A DNA stretch of 64,000 nucleotides from a virus: positions 1-64,000 of the IMG/VR virus record IMGVR_UViG_3300011187_000003. One strand, written 5' to 3'. Positions 28,161 to 38,687 of the stretch are shown piece after piece (position 1 is the stretch's first letter; each line of letters opens with the position of its first letter). The position numbers and the translations under genes are program-made. The notes beneath the pieces were generated by a model, which made no database searches, had not been told where the DNA came from, and worked only from the letters and a program-made list of their open reading frames with translations.

Positions 28161-28795
28161 ATTTTACTCCCCTTCCTGTTTTGTTCCATTAATTTTGAGT
28201 GATAAGTAATTCTTCCCAGCACTTCCATAACATATTTTCTCCATCTCTCTTTATTTTCATCAACTGAAGGGTTGTTATAAGACATAATTGCAGTAAATCT
28301 ATCCTTCTTTTGTTGTAGCTGGTGGTAGTAATAGTACACAGCAAGCTTAGCCTGAGTATTAGTATCTTCTGCAAGTAAATCTCTGTCGTATTTCCAGCCT
28401 CTGCTGTTAGCAATTCCTTTTGCTGTATTCCACTGCATAGAGAATACACCAAATGATGTACCATTATCTATATAATTATTATAATTGACAAAACCAGTCT
28501 CCAACTCAACAATTGCAAAAATATCCTTAGCAACTCTCTTATAATGAACTTCAGGGTACATATAATTTAGTTTTTTGCTCCACTCAATAATAGAATCAAC
28601 CCTTTTTTGTGCCTGTTTAAATGTCATAGCATCAGCTGTATCCAATTCAGGCCTATTTCTTACCCACTTATCATTGATAAACATTGCCCTCTTAATTCCA
28701 AACTCTCTAAAAGAAGCTGTTTGACCCACAACTGTAAATATCAACACAAGCAATGCTAATAGGGCTATAGTTAACGCTTCCTGTTTAGATAACAT
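28157..28795 (-). CDS. Membrane-anchored lytic transglycosylase (SLT-like)
   Basis: N-terminal TM; AI.ELETGF, GVFSM, A+MSYN, YV..V. Confidence 0.65.
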   Translation of the reverse strand: MLSKQEALTIALLALLVLIFTVVGQTASFREFGIKRAMFINDKWVRNRPELDTADAMTFKQAQKRVDSIIEWSKKLNYMYPEVHYKRVAKDIFAIVELETGFVNYNNYIDNGTSFGVFSMQWNTAKGIANSRGWKYDRDLLAEDTNTQAKLAVYYYYHQLQQKKDRFTAIMSYNNPSVDENKERWRKYVMEVLGRITYHSKLMEQNRKGSKI

Positions 28796-28861
28796 AATAT
28801 ACCTCCTTATAATTTAAAGGGAGAGAAAGGCCTGTTTTGGCCTTCCTATCCCAATATGTAC

Positions 28862-29821
28862 TTACAGTAATTCTTCATATTCCTCTGACTCAATAATACC
28901 TTGGTAACTATCAATTTCCTCAATAGTTAACTCATTAACTTTTTCTTTGCCAAACTTCTTCTTCAGAATCTTTCTGCTTTCAGCTGGCTTAATGCCTGCA
29001 TCTTTGATTTTAGAGATTAACTCTTTTTTCTTAGGCTTTTTGTCTTGCCTTTTGTAATAATCATCAATCATCTGCTGAGTTACACCTTGTTCTTCATTGT
29101 TTCTCTCAATGGCCTCATCAAAGGCTTCTTTTAGCTCATCAAAATCTAGGTCAATCTTATCTGTATTGAAGTCTAAGCGTGACCCTGCTTCCTGATGATT
29201 GGTAGGTCTAACAAAGAGCTTTCTCTGCCCTTCTTCATCAAAGTCAGCAAGTAAGAAGATGTCAGTCATATTCTTAAGGAACTTACCTGCTTTGCCACCT
29301 ACATCTAAGTCAATCTTATTTTTCTCCCCACCTAAACCATCTTTCTCAGTGGTGGTTTTCATATGTGCTACAAAGATTACACCAAACCCATTTGATAAGA
29401 GTTTTCTAATGATACCTTCAACTTCATCATTGACGAACCCCCAACCCTTACCAAAATCTCCTATATCAGCTGGAGAATCAACATTATATTTCTTTTTGAT
29501 ATAATCCTTAGCCAAATCATATGGCACGCCAAATGGGTCGAATATGGCTGTTTTAAAGCCATATCCATCATTCTCAATAAACTCATTCACACCAGCCTTA
29601 AAAACTACCCATGCATGTTTATTTAACTCATTTGATTTCTTCATTACATCAAACTCATGTGTTAATAGTCCTGATGTAGATGGTTCAAACTTAAAGTGGT
29701 ATGGTTTTGGAAAGTCATTTGCTAGTGTAGTCTTACCAACCTTATTTCTACCTGTTATTACCCAAATATACTCTTCCATCTTTTGCTTTGGGATGGAAGG
29801 TTCTAAATCAAGAATACCCAT
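28862..29821 (-). CDS. Sak4/AAA_24 single-strand annealing ATPase
   Basis: GRNKVGKTT, FD, FGKGW, FVAH, AGSR. Confidence 0.8.
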   Translation of the reverse strand: MGILDLEPSIPKQKMEEYIWVITGRNKVGKTTLANDFPKPYHFKFEPSTSGLLTHEFDVMKKSNELNKHAWVVFKAGVNEFIENDGYGFKTAIFDPFGVPYDLAKDYIKKKYNVDSPADIGDFGKGWGFVNDEVEGIIRKLLSNGFGVIFVAHMKTTTEKDGLGGEKNKIDLDVGGKAGKFLKNMTDIFLLADFDEEGQRKLFVRPTNHQEAGSRLDFNTDKIDLDFDELKEAFDEAIERNNEEQGVTQQMIDDYYKRQDKKPKKKELISKIKDAGIKPAESRKILKKKFGKEKVNELTIEEIDSYQGIIESEEYEELL

Positions 29822-29886
29822 ATATTTATCACTCCTATTTTTTTAATTTATAATATTATTTTACTACTCTTTGTTATACTTTACAT

Positions 29887-30807
29887 TTAATAGCCAGATT
29901 CAAAATTGTTATCAAAGCCATCTTCAAACCCACCTAACTCATCAACATCAGCCTGCTCATGCACTGTACCAATAAAGCCAACTTCAAGCTCATTTAAGTT
30001 ACCTTGAACGATATCATACTTGTTAGTGATTACCTCAGTGTTGATATCACAGCCAACTGTAATATTATCATACTGCTTAATCTTATCATCAAACTGTTCA
30101 GCGATATCACCATATGCTACTAAGTGGAATAGCTCTAAGTTATATAATCCATCCTTAGCCTCATCTAGTTTCTCAGCTAGCATGTAAAGCTTCTTGATAT
30201 CAGTGGTATCCTCAATCTTTTCTTTTAACCTAATGATTTCTGCATCAACATCATCATTTGTATCTATGTAGTATTCAACTTCATTAAGTAAGACTTCCTG
30301 TCTAGTCATATCATCATTGTTCTCACCTTTTTCAACATCAAACTGGTCAAAAATACCAAGTGTGATTTCAGCTTTAGGGGTTTTTTCTTCAACTTCCTGA
30401 CCTCTAACTTCTTTAACAAGGTTAATCTCTTTAGTTACTACATCTCCTGAAAGTCTTGCAGTAGCCATTTCTTCAGAAGTTTCAGAGACCTTATCAATAC
30501 CATATACTTTATTTTTTCTCTTGCTAATCATTCTATTAGCAATTCTTCTCTGCCAATCTCCATTGAACTTACTTTCATCTAGCTCTCCACTGATGCGATA
30601 CTTATCACCATCTACAAGGCTCTTAAGGGCATCCTTTACAATACTAAGTGGTTTACCATTATCTTTCTTTTCCCACATCTGCACAGTAATATTATTACCA
30701 TCTGCATTGAGTCTAACTTTGCCAAGTGGGGTACCAATATCTGTATTGTACCCAATATCCTCAACTGTTCCTACTACCTTTGCACTATTCCCAAATCTAC
30801 TATCCAT
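29887..30807 (-). CDS. Putative ssDNA-binding protein
   Basis: OB-like strands, acidic/aromatic C-terminal tail, adjacent to Sak4. Confidence 0.5.
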   Translation of the reverse strand: MDSRFGNSAKVVGTVEDIGYNTDIGTPLGKVRLNADGNNITVQMWEKKDNGKPLSIVKDALKSLVDGDKYRISGELDESKFNGDWQRRIANRMISKRKNKVYGIDKVSETSEEMATARLSGDVVTKEINLVKEVRGQEVEEKTPKAEITLGIFDQFDVEKGENNDDMTRQEVLLNEVEYYIDTNDDVDAEIIRLKEKIEDTTDIKKLYMLAEKLDEAKDGLYNLELFHLVAYGDIAEQFDDKIKQYDNITVGCDINTEVITNKYDIVQGNLNELEVGFIGTVHEQADVDELGGFEDGFDNNFESGY

Positions 30808-30867
30808 TATTATCCTCTCCTTTAAATAATTTTATTAAAAGACTTATGTACAAGAACATTTATGTTA

Positions 30868-30893
30868 ATCAGAGGGGAGGGTAGACCCCTCTG
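30868..30893. terminator. Hairpin downstream of the initiator gene region
   Basis: tcagagggg...cccctctga inverted repeat. Confidence 0.55.
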
Positions 30894-31211
30894 AAGGCTT
30901 AACTGAGAACCTCAATTGCTTCTAATAACTTCTCTTCTTCCTTATCTTCTATGTCCCCCCCAAATTTTCTCAGGGTCATTATACAAAACTCTTTGCATTG
31001 CTCAATTACTTTTGCTCCTAGTGACCTATTTTCTGATAGGCAATTACATTTATCATCTTCTTTTTCCACTACAGACCACTCCTTGTTGAGATTTTGTTGT
31101 ATTTTTTATCATTTGTCCCCAATTTTACCCTGTCTAATATTATTATACAAGTGAGACACTAATTTTTCAACCAGATTTTGGGATTTTTTTTGAGAAATTT
31201 TTAATTAACTA

Positions 31212-32255
31212 TTATTTTTGGTTTAATTTCCTTGCTCTGAGATGAGGGAACAGCTGTTTTTTACCTTCCACTCTGCTTTTTGCAAAGTCATCCAGTAATG
31301 TAAAGAAGTATCCAATATTAGCTCCTTTTTTAGCTGTCATCTCCAGTGCTTCAAAAACTAAGGTATTGTCAAAGTAATATCCAAAAGCTATCTCCATCTG
31401 TTTCAATGTTGGTAGCTGGCTAAATGTTTTATCAAACTCTTTTATAAATTCTACACCTAGCTCCTCAGAAATATATTTAGGCAAGTTATCCACAAGCTGT
31501 TTAATTTTAATTTCAAACTCCCCTAGTTCTTTTTCTTTTTCTTTAATTCTTGTTAATAAAGAACTATGGTTCTTCTTTGTGGGGATGTTTTGACACAGTG
31601 CGAATACATCCCCCTGCGAATCTCCACATGGGGAACTATTATCCCCCTGCGAGGATTCCTGTTGTGACAGTGTTCCATCCACTTTTTCATCTTTTTGGTC
31701 ACATGGGGAACTATTATCCCCCTGTGATTTTGCCCCCTGTGGATAACTTTCAGGTGGAGACTCAATTTTACCCTGTGGATAACTTTCTTCTACATCATCT
31801 TCAGGGAATAAAGAGTAAAAAGAACTGGTAAAATTACCTAACTTTTTTTCAAGAATTTCATCCCTTGCTTTTTTGTTAACATCCTCTCCCTTTTTATTCC
31901 TTTTAACAGGGAGTCTTTCATATGCTAATTCTTTAGTCCATAGTTTTCTTTTGGTATAGATGTAACCTTTCTTCACCAAAAATGGGATTCCTTTCTTTTT
32001 TATATAGCCTTTACTATACCCTGTTTCTTTTGCAATGGTTTTTCTACTGACCCAGCAAGTGCCATCTGCATCCATATGAAGGGCAAGGCAGATAAATACT
32101 GAGAGAGAGCAACCCTTAAGCTCATTCAACTGTTGTTCTCTAAACAATGTATTAAGCTTAATATAAACATTCCTTGAGAACTCTTTATCTTGATTTAACC
32201 TGCCCTCTCTACCAAAGCTAACTGTAATATCTTTTTTCTCTGTCACTGGCATCAC
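31212..32255 (-). CDS. Phage replication initiator (N-terminal wHTH, DnaD-like C-terminus)
   Basis: L.VFICLALH.D..G.CW.S.KTIAKETGYS; low-complexity repeat linker; EAL..A.....Y...L. Confidence 0.8.
   Translation of the reverse strand: MMPVTEKKDITVSFGREGRLNQDKEFSRNVYIKLNTLFREQQLNELKGCSLSVFICLALHMDADGTCWVSRKTIAKETGYSKGYIKKKGIPFLVKKGYIYTKRKLWTKELAYERLPVKRNKKGEDVNKKARDEILEKKLGNFTSSFYSLFPEDDVEESYPQGKIESPPESYPQGAKSQGDNSSPCDQKDEKVDGTLSQQESSQGDNSSPCGDSQGDVFALCQNIPTKKNHSSLLTRIKEKEKELGEFEIKIKQLVDNLPKYISEELGVEFIKEFDKTFSQLPTLKQMEIAFGYYFDNTLVFEALEMTAKKGANIGYFFTLLDDFAKSRVEGKKQLFPHLRARKLNQK
31486..31790. repeat. Iteron-like repeats and DnaA boxes inside the initiator gene
   Basis: cacatggggaactattatccccctg x2; ccctgtggataactttc x2; TTATCCACA at 31486, TGTGGATAA at 31738 and 31774. 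Confidence 0.75.
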
Positions 32256-32319
32256 CTGCTTCCTTTTTTTAGCATCTCACTTGTTCTACATATTACTATA
32301 TCAAGCACACTATAATTTA

Positions 32320-32907
32320 TCAAGCATAACTAAGAATTTTTTTCAGTTTTTTCTTAATCTTTTTCATTCTCTTCCCAATTGCCTGATGTGTGATGCCTAG
32401 CCTTTTGCCAATCTCTTCATATGTGCATTGTTCATAGTAATAACATTCTAACACGAACAACTGTTCACTGTCAAGCTTATCCTTTAGGAAATCAACTACA
32501 CTATTATTAAGAGCAGTGGCCTCTGTATCCTTATCTGATTCCACCTCTAATGTTTTATCATCCTCATACTCATAGTTCAAACTCAGACAATCATCAATAG
32601 CATCATTGCCTCTCTCTATGTAGTTAATCTTCCTAGATTCTAAAACATGCTTTAAATATGTATTAAATCTTGTTGACCTATTAGGATTATAATTATTGAC
32701 ACCAACTTCAATAGTCTTTAACATTAAATGTTGTAGTAGGTCATCATCTAAACCTCTCCTTGTTGTAGCAACCTGCTTGATAGTACCTATATTATTACTG
32801 ATTATCTTATGCAACTCATCTCCATCACCTGCTTTGGCCTTCTCCCAATTAACCTCCTTTTTTTCACTGTCAAATCTGTAATTGGACAAAGAGAAAACTT
32901 TACTCAT
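32320..32907 (-). CDS. Sigma-70 family sigma factor
   Basis: AKAGD, DDLLQ, YNP.R..RF.TY region 2; TYEEIGKRLGITHQAI region 4. Confidence 0.85.
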   Translation of the reverse strand: MSKVFSLSNYRFDSEKKEVNWEKAKAGDGDELHKIISNNIGTIKQVATTRRGLDDDLLQHLMLKTIEVGVNNYNPNRSTRFNTYLKHVLESRKINYIERGNDAIDDCLSLNYEYEDDKTLEVESDKDTEATALNNSVVDFLKDKLDSEQLFVLECYYYEQCTYEEIGKRLGITHQAIGKRMKKIKKKLKKILSYA

Positions 32908-32952
32908 TTATTTTTTGCCCCCTCTTTTGATGCTATAATTATGATACCACAT

Positions 32953-33043
32953 TTGACACAGTTTGTCAAGTAATATTATAAATCTAATTTATTTCCATTT
33001 TTTTCAAACAATACTTGACAATTTTTATAAGTTATACTATAAT
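32953..33043. promoter_or_regulatory. Divergent promoter/operator region between sigma and repressor genes
   Basis: Palindrome TTGACA-cagtt-TGTCAA at 32953-32969; TTGACA 33015 with TATAAT 33038. Confidence 0.6.
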
Positions 33044-33115
33044 ATAGTTAAGTTGAATGAATCATCACAACACTTCAACAAAGTTCTACAAAGTTTTAAA
33101 AGGAGATGATTAACA

Positions 33116-33520
33116 ATGGCTATCCAAGAGAAGGTAGACCAAAGAAAATTAAATAAAGAGGAATTTGCCAAGCTAGTAGGTGAAAAGATTAAGTACTACA
33201 GAAATGAAAGTGGATTAACACTAAGAGGAATTGCTAGAAGAACTGAGTATACTGCAGGATATATAGGATTATTAGAAAAAGGTGAGGCAGTACCTAACAG
33301 TTATGTATTAGTCCAGCTAGCAGATGTAATGGGTATTCCTATTAATTACCTCTTAGGACAGGATGATATCAACCATGAAAAAAATAAGCTCCAAGACCCT
33401 GTATTAACTAATCCTAAAAATGAAGAGTATATTAATGTTATGAAGTACTTAATCTCTAAAGGAATTTCTCCTGAAAAAATCAAGCAAGCCATTGAGTTTG
33501 TAGAGGGAATGAATAACTAA
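33116..33520 (+). CDS. XRE-family HTH repressor
   Basis: IKYYR...GLT...IA......YI..LEKG...P......LA...I..LLG; only plus-strand gene in a long minus block. Confidence 0.88.
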   Translation: MAIQEKVDQRKLNKEEFAKLVGEKIKYYRNESGLTLRGIARRTEYTAGYIGLLEKGEAVPNSYVLVQLADVMGIPINYLLGQDDINHEKNKLQDPVLTNPKNEEYINVMKYLISKGISPEKIKQAIEFVEGMNN

Positions 33521-33575
33521 TGAATGTTAGTGGAGTAAAAAGAACAATGATGAATAAAAAGCCACCTGATTGATA

Positions 33576-33615
33576 AAGGGATATACTCTATTATGAGTAT
33601 ACCCCTTATTTTTTT
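33576..33615. terminator. Terminator between repressor and recJ
   Basis: aaggg.tatactc...gagtata.ccctt plus T-run. Confidence 0.7.
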
Positions 33616-35194
33616 ATAAAACTCTTTTTATGTAAACCTGAAGGTTTTTGTATCCATTCCATTCATTGATTCCTAGAGTACCAATAATTCCACAATTAAG
33701 CTGATGAAATTTATCTGACATTCCAAAACCTATAGCATCAATACCATCTATACTTGCTGATAAATGCTCTCCTCTGCTTCCTACTAACTCTTTACTACCT
33801 ATTTCTCCAGTGATTTCAAACTTTGGAGTAGGATTACCTCTACCAGTAGGATTAAATACTTTTAAGTCATTAATTAAACTTAAGTTAATATCATCAGTTT
33901 CAATCTCCATATCAGCTTGCACCTTTTTGTAGCTTATATCTTTAGTATAATCAAGCATGTATTCTTTAAAGTCATCAATATTATCTTGCCTAATGGATAG
34001 GCCACAAGCGAACTTATGCCCTCCAAAGTTTTCTAAGTATGTATCAGCTGTTTTAAGTGATTCATATATGTTTAATGGTCTTACTGAACGACCACTACCT
34101 TTACAATTACCATCCTCATCAGGCTCACCAATCACAATAACAGGTAGATTTAATTTTTCCTTGATATCTCCTGCTACTAGTCCAACTACACCAGCTGGAA
34201 TGTCCTCTTGAACGATTATAATATTATCATGTTCATTTGTTTTCTTAAGCGCACTCTTAAGCGCTCTCTTAGATATCTCTTTCCTTCTCTCATTAATATT
34301 TCTAAGCTCTCTTGCAGTAGAACTAACATCTAGCTGGCCTGATAAATACTCAAAACCTTTTTGATTCTCACTCAATCTACCTTGAGCATTAATCAGTGGA
34401 GCTATTTGGTAACCAATCTTACCTGCAGTTATATCTCCTATCTTTTTATTCTGTACATTAGCCAGCTCTCTAAGTGGCTCCATAGGATTACTGTTAAATT
34501 TCTTTAGCCCTTCAGCAACTATAGCTCTGTTGTCGTCTCTTAGAGGCACCACATCAGCCACTGTAGCAAATGCTACAAGGTCTAATACCTCATAAAACTC
34601 TTCCTTGAGCAGGTGCCTTGCAACCATCCATGCTATACCTGCACCACAGTACTCAGTAAACTCTAAGTCACCACTCTCTACCTTTAAATCAACAAACTCA
34701 GTACCAATTGATTCTTCAGCTTCATGGTGGTCTATTACTATCACATCAATACCTTCTTCTTTTAATTGTTTTATGTATTCCCAATCACTAATACCACAGT
34801 CAACTGTGATAACTAAATCTTTACCTTGTTCTAATATGTAATCAACTACCCTCTGAGAAAGGCCATAACCATCCTTAAACCTACTGCTAATCATACCCTC
34901 TACATTATCTGCCCCTAACTTTTCAAGCATCTTATAGAGGATTGTCGCACCTGATGTACCATCTACATCATAATCACCATAGACAAGAATCTGGCTTTGG
35001 TATTCTAGATGCTGAGAAATTATCGCCTCTATTCTATCAATATTTGGTATATTATTAGTGTCCTGTAGGTTATCTATGCTAGGGTGAAGAAAATTTCTAA
35101 GCTCAGAATAAGAAGAAGCAAGCCCTCTTTTTTCTAAGAGCTTACTTATTATTTCATCAAACCCAAAATCATCTAAGACTTCTTGTTCTTTCAT
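33614..35194 (-). CDS. recJ: RecJ single-stranded DNA exonuclease
   Basis: GDYDVDG, TVDCG, DHH, TVAD, GSGRS, GGH. Confidence 0.95.
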   Translation of the reverse strand: MKEQEVLDDFGFDEIISKLLEKRGLASSYSELRNFLHPSIDNLQDTNNIPNIDRIEAIISQHLEYQSQILVYGDYDVDGTSGATILYKMLEKLGADNVEGMISSRFKDGYGLSQRVVDYILEQGKDLVITVDCGISDWEYIKQLKEEGIDVIVIDHHEAEESIGTEFVDLKVESGDLEFTEYCGAGIAWMVARHLLKEEFYEVLDLVAFATVADVVPLRDDNRAIVAEGLKKFNSNPMEPLRELANVQNKKIGDITAGKIGYQIAPLINAQGRLSENQKGFEYLSGQLDVSSTARELRNINERRKEISKRALKSALKKTNEHDNIIIVQEDIPAGVVGLVAGDIKEKLNLPVIVIGEPDEDGNCKGSGRSVRPLNIYESLKTADTYLENFGGHKFACGLSIRQDNIDDFKEYMLDYTKDISYKKVQADMEIETDDINLSLINDLKVFNPTGRGNPTPKFEITGEIGSKELVGSRGEHLSASIDGIDAIGFGMSDKFHQLNCGIIGTLGINEWNGYKNLQVYIKRVL

Positions 35195-35246
35195 TTTACT
35201 AATACCATCCCTTCCTTATTTGCAAAAATCCAATATTTGAAAATAA

Positions 35247-35507
35247 CTAAATAATCAAAGCGTTTTCTACTCTCTCCATATCTTCACCTAAAATGGTAAC
35301 AATACTCATTGTCTTATTGTTCATTGTAAAAATTAATGAACCAATACCACTCTTAAAACATAGATAGCCATCAGTAAACCTATTTAACTTTATAGTTTTA
35401 TATTTATCATGGAGAAGATAGGCCAGCTGGTCAGTAGATATATCTCTGTCATCCAGCCTATCCTCAGCATGGTCAGTTAACTTAACATGAATATCATTAA
35501 TCTGCAT
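35247..35507 (-). CDS. Small protein with T.HA..R..R motif (DUF4258/RelE-like fold)
   Basis: LTDHAEDRLDDR...IVTI. Confidence 0.5.
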   Translation of the reverse strand: MQINDIHVKLTDHAEDRLDDRDISTDQLAYLLHDKYKTIKLNRFTDGYLCFKSGIGSLIFTMNNKTMSIVTILGEDMERVENALII

Positions 35508-35522
35508 TGCGATTACCTCCTT

Positions 35523-36410
35523 CTAAAAACTTAACGAATTAACCTGCTTCTTCTTCTTCTTACTATCAACATGAGTATAAATCTGTGTAGTAGCAAGGTC
35601 AGAATGTCCTAGTATCTCCTGTAAAGCCTTGATATCTTTAGTCTTTTTATAGAACAGAGTACTGAAAGTATGTCTAAGCTTATGTGGGGTAATTCTCTTA
35701 TTAATATTAGCTTGATTAACATAAGCTTTAACCAGCCTCTGTACAGTCCTCTTACTCACAGCATTTCCCCTATTAGACAAGAATACAGGCTCTTTATCTT
35801 TCTTGTAGCAGGTACCTCTTTCATTATTAATGTAATCAACCAAGTATTCCTTAGCCTTATCATGTAGTGGGACAACTCTGTCCTTATTGCCCTTACCTTT
35901 TTCAACATCAATAACACCATTACTAAAGTCTATGTTATCAAGGTCTAAACTACATACCTCACTTACTCTCAATCCTGAGAAGGTCATTAAATAAACAATG
36001 GCTTTGTTCCTCTTAGGAGACCTGCTGTCATCACCATCAACAGCCTTAAAGAATTGCTTAAGCTCATGCTCATCCATATACACTGGCTTCTTATTGCTTC
36101 TCTCTTTAACTTTTTCTAAACCTGTAGCTGGAGAAGTTAGAATTTTGTCCTTATCTTCAAGGTAGCTGTAGTATTTTTTAATAGAGTACATCTTCCTGTT
36201 TCTTGTGGATGATGCATTGTTTTGATTAACATAATTTAAAAACTCATTAATCTCCTTTGCAGAATAGCTCTCGTATTCTGCATCACTGCTGTTATGAAAG
36301 TTTATAAACTGCTTAATATCATTAGAATAATTCTCTGCAGTCAACTCACTATGTCCCCTCTCAGTAATAAGATAATCTTTGAAATTCTGAATAGTCTTAG
36401 AAAATTTCAT
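35523..36410 (-). CDS. XerC/D-like tyrosine recombinase
   Basis: SGLRVSE, GKGNKDR, PHKLRH, LGHS, TTQIYTH; SAM-like N-domain, no arm-binding domain. Confidence 0.93.
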   Translation of the reverse strand: MKFSKTIQNFKDYLITERGHSELTAENYSNDIKQFINFHNSSDAEYESYSAKEINEFLNYVNQNNASSTRNRKMYSIKKYYSYLEDKDKILTSPATGLEKVKERSNKKPVYMDEHELKQFFKAVDGDDSRSPKRNKAIVYLMTFSGLRVSEVCSLDLDNIDFSNGVIDVEKGKGNKDRVVPLHDKAKEYLVDYINNERGTCYKKDKEPVFLSNRGNAVSKRTVQRLVKAYVNQANINKRITPHKLRHTFSTLFYKKTKDIKALQEILGHSDLATTQIYTHVDSKKKKKQVNSLSF

Positions 36411-36488
36411 TGTTTATTACCTCCTCTTCATTTGTTAAGTTTATTATACCATCCATAATATTACTTGTCAAGGATTTTTTATAATAAT

Positions 36489-37016
36489 TTACATTTGTAA
36501 TACATTAGAAAAATATTTCAGCTGTTCTTTAATTTCCTGAGATTGTCTATCAAATAATTTATAGGGTTTTAGTACACCAACAATCTTACCATCATCAATG
36601 ATTGTTAGTACCTCACTGTTCTCTTTGTATCCAAATTCCTTGTTCTCAAATATCTTAAGATAGTTACTATTAATACAACCAAACCTATTACCTGCAATAA
36701 ATAATGGATTACCCTTAAAGGATATTTCAGTAACAGTAGCTGAGTTATCACTGCTTGCAGGTGTACCAAGCGTTTCTGCAGTAGGATTATATTCATTCTC
36801 CTCTGCATCATACTTAATAGCATCACCTATCTGTAGAGTAGGAGCCTCAGCTCTTTTTTTATACCCACTCCATTTGTTAATGAATGTCTTATATCCTTCT
36901 AAGTCTAGCTTAAGCATCAGGATTAAGTCACTCACTAAGAACTCATCATCAGCAGGGCGTTCAATCCACAGCCTGCCAGTCTTATTAAAAGCTTGTGCAA
37001 TCTTTTTGTGCTTCAT
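36489..37016 (-). CDS. Hypothetical protein
   Basis: GAGGAGG RBS and own promoter. Confidence 0.7.
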   Translation of the reverse strand: MKHKKIAQAFNKTGRLWIERPADDEFLVSDLILMLKLDLEGYKTFINKWSGYKKRAEAPTLQIGDAIKYDAEENEYNPTAETLGTPASSDNSATVTEISFKGNPLFIAGNRFGCINSNYLKIFENKEFGYKENSEVLTIIDDGKIVGVLKPYKLFDRQSQEIKEQLKYFSNVLQM

Positions 37017-37053
37017 TTTTTTCCCTCCTCTACTATTATTATACACATCTAAG

Positions 37054-37437
37054 CTAATTTTTTAAACCAATAATTGAATTAAATTTTATTTTTTCTTTGA
37101 GATAGTTAATCATCTTATCATCAGGGTAGTTTTTATCATAATATTCCAGCATATTCTCTACCTCACCAGCTGTTACTTGAGCTAAGAATTGATTAGCCCT
37201 CTGCTTAAATTGCTCTACTTCAAAATCATTATGTTCTTTGTCACCCTGAAATTTAAACTTCTTTTCACATAGATTAAACCTCCAATAAAATAGAAGTGTA
37301 TCAATTGCATCATAAAAGCTAACAGTATTGATATTGGTACCCTCATCTGCATAGACTTCTTCAAGGCTAAAGTCAGTTCTTTTTACCTGTGGAGAGTTTT
37401 TAAATCTTATAAGCTTACTTCTCCATCTACTTTGCAT
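37054..37437 (-). CDS. Hypothetical protein
   Basis: RBS, ORF. Confidence 0.65.
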   Translation of the reverse strand: MQSRWRSKLIRFKNSPQVKRTDFSLEEVYADEGTNINTVSFYDAIDTLLFYWRFNLCEKKFKFQGDKEHNDFEVEQFKQRANQFLAQVTAGEVENMLEYYDKNYPDDKMINYLKEKIKFNSIIGLKN

Positions 37438-37631
37438 TATTTATCATCCCCTTCTATAGTTAAGTTATAGTCAACTTCATCCCTAATACCTTCTATTTCA
37501 GTAATCTCCCCATCTCTCTCCTCAACTTCCTTGGTATCAATGTCACCTAATTCAAAAGATGCTGTCACCTCTGCATCATAACCACCATTATCATTTTTGG
37601 TTAACTTAATATCCATTATTATTATCTCCTT

Positions 37632-37967
37632 TTATTTATCATACTCATTTAATCCTAAGCTAACATCCTCCAGTTTTTGAAGCAGGCCAAAATACTCTTT
37701 TGTGTCAAGTTCTTTATTATTGAATTGTTCAGTAGCACAATTACCTATAGTTTCAAATGCATTATAAACACTCATTTCAGCAAATATATCTTTAATCTGC
37801 CCCTTATCATCTTCATAAAACTCACAGGCCAGACTCCACCCTTCCTCAATTATGCTCTTAGCCTCAGCATAAGATATATCATACTTTTGTGCATATTCTT
37901 TAGCCTTACCCTTTCTTATCTCTTTAAAGGTAGCCTCTAACTCTTTAACTTTATTAGGTTTCTTCAT
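37632..37967 (-). CDS. Hypothetical protein
   Basis: AGGAGG RBS. Confidence 0.7.
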   Translation of the reverse strand: MKKPNKVKELEATFKEIRKGKAKEYAQKYDISYAEAKSIIEEGWSLACEFYEDDKGQIKDIFAEMSVYNAFETIGNCATEQFNNKELDTKEYFGLLQKLEDVSLGLNEYDK

Positions 37968-37992
37968 TATATCTCCTCCTATAATATATTTT

Positions 37993-38286
37993 TTATTCCA
38001 TATACCTATCTAGTCCATCTATCTTAATTATAGCTTGCCAGCTGACATACCATTCATAGAGTTCCTTCTCATTACTGACTAAATACTGGCCTTCAGTGGA
38101 ACCAACATCAAGCAGGTCATAGCTTCTACCTATCTTCCCATAGAATAAGCTTCCCACCTTATCTACCTTATGGTAGATATGGTCATAAAACTCATCTCTG
38201 TCTAGGTCTTTTGGTAGCTGGTCACCTAATGTATCATCCAAAAACTCTGCCCCATCATTGTAATATTTCATGTTAACTTCCTTCAT
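37993..38286 (-). CDS. Hypothetical protein
   Basis: GGAGG RBS, coupled. Confidence 0.7.
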   Translation of the reverse strand: MKEVNMKYYNDGAEFLDDTLGDQLPKDLDRDEFYDHIYHKVDKVGSLFYGKIGRSYDLLDVGSTEGQYLVSNEKELYEWYVSWQAIIKIDGLDRYME

Positions 38287-38687
38287 TATTTATTACCTCC
38301 TCTAGTTAGTCCCATAATTGAACGCCTAACTCTAATAGCTTGCTCAGTCCTCTCTAGTAAATCAGCTATCTTCTTGTCCTCAACTCCTTGATTATATAGA
38401 AACTCAAGTAATCTCATATCCTTGCTAGTCCAAATAAACATGTTCCTACTATCAGTAAACTTACTATCAGCATCAAACTTAATAGCATAACCTGTCGTAT
38501 TACTGAAGATTACTGTTAAGTCATCAACTGTTTTTAAATCCTCTAAATACCTAAACACAGTTCTCCTGCAAACACCTAAGTATTCAGCTATCTCCTCAGC
38601 AGTCAGTGCAAGGTTGTTATTGATATAATCTATCATCCTTAACAACCTTACAAACTTTTTCTCTAAGCGTTTATCCTTCATAGCCAT
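38286..38687 (-). CDS. Double-HTH transcriptional regulator
   Basis: TAEEIAEYLGVCRRTVFRYLEDL and WT..D...L....G....IA..L.RT. Confidence 0.8.
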   Translation of the reverse strand: MAMKDKRLEKKFVRLLRMIDYINNNLALTAEEIAEYLGVCRRTVFRYLEDLKTVDDLTVIFSNTTGYAIKFDADSKFTDSRNMFIWTSKDMRLLEFLYNQGVEDKKIADLLERTEQAIRVRRSIMGLTRGGNK

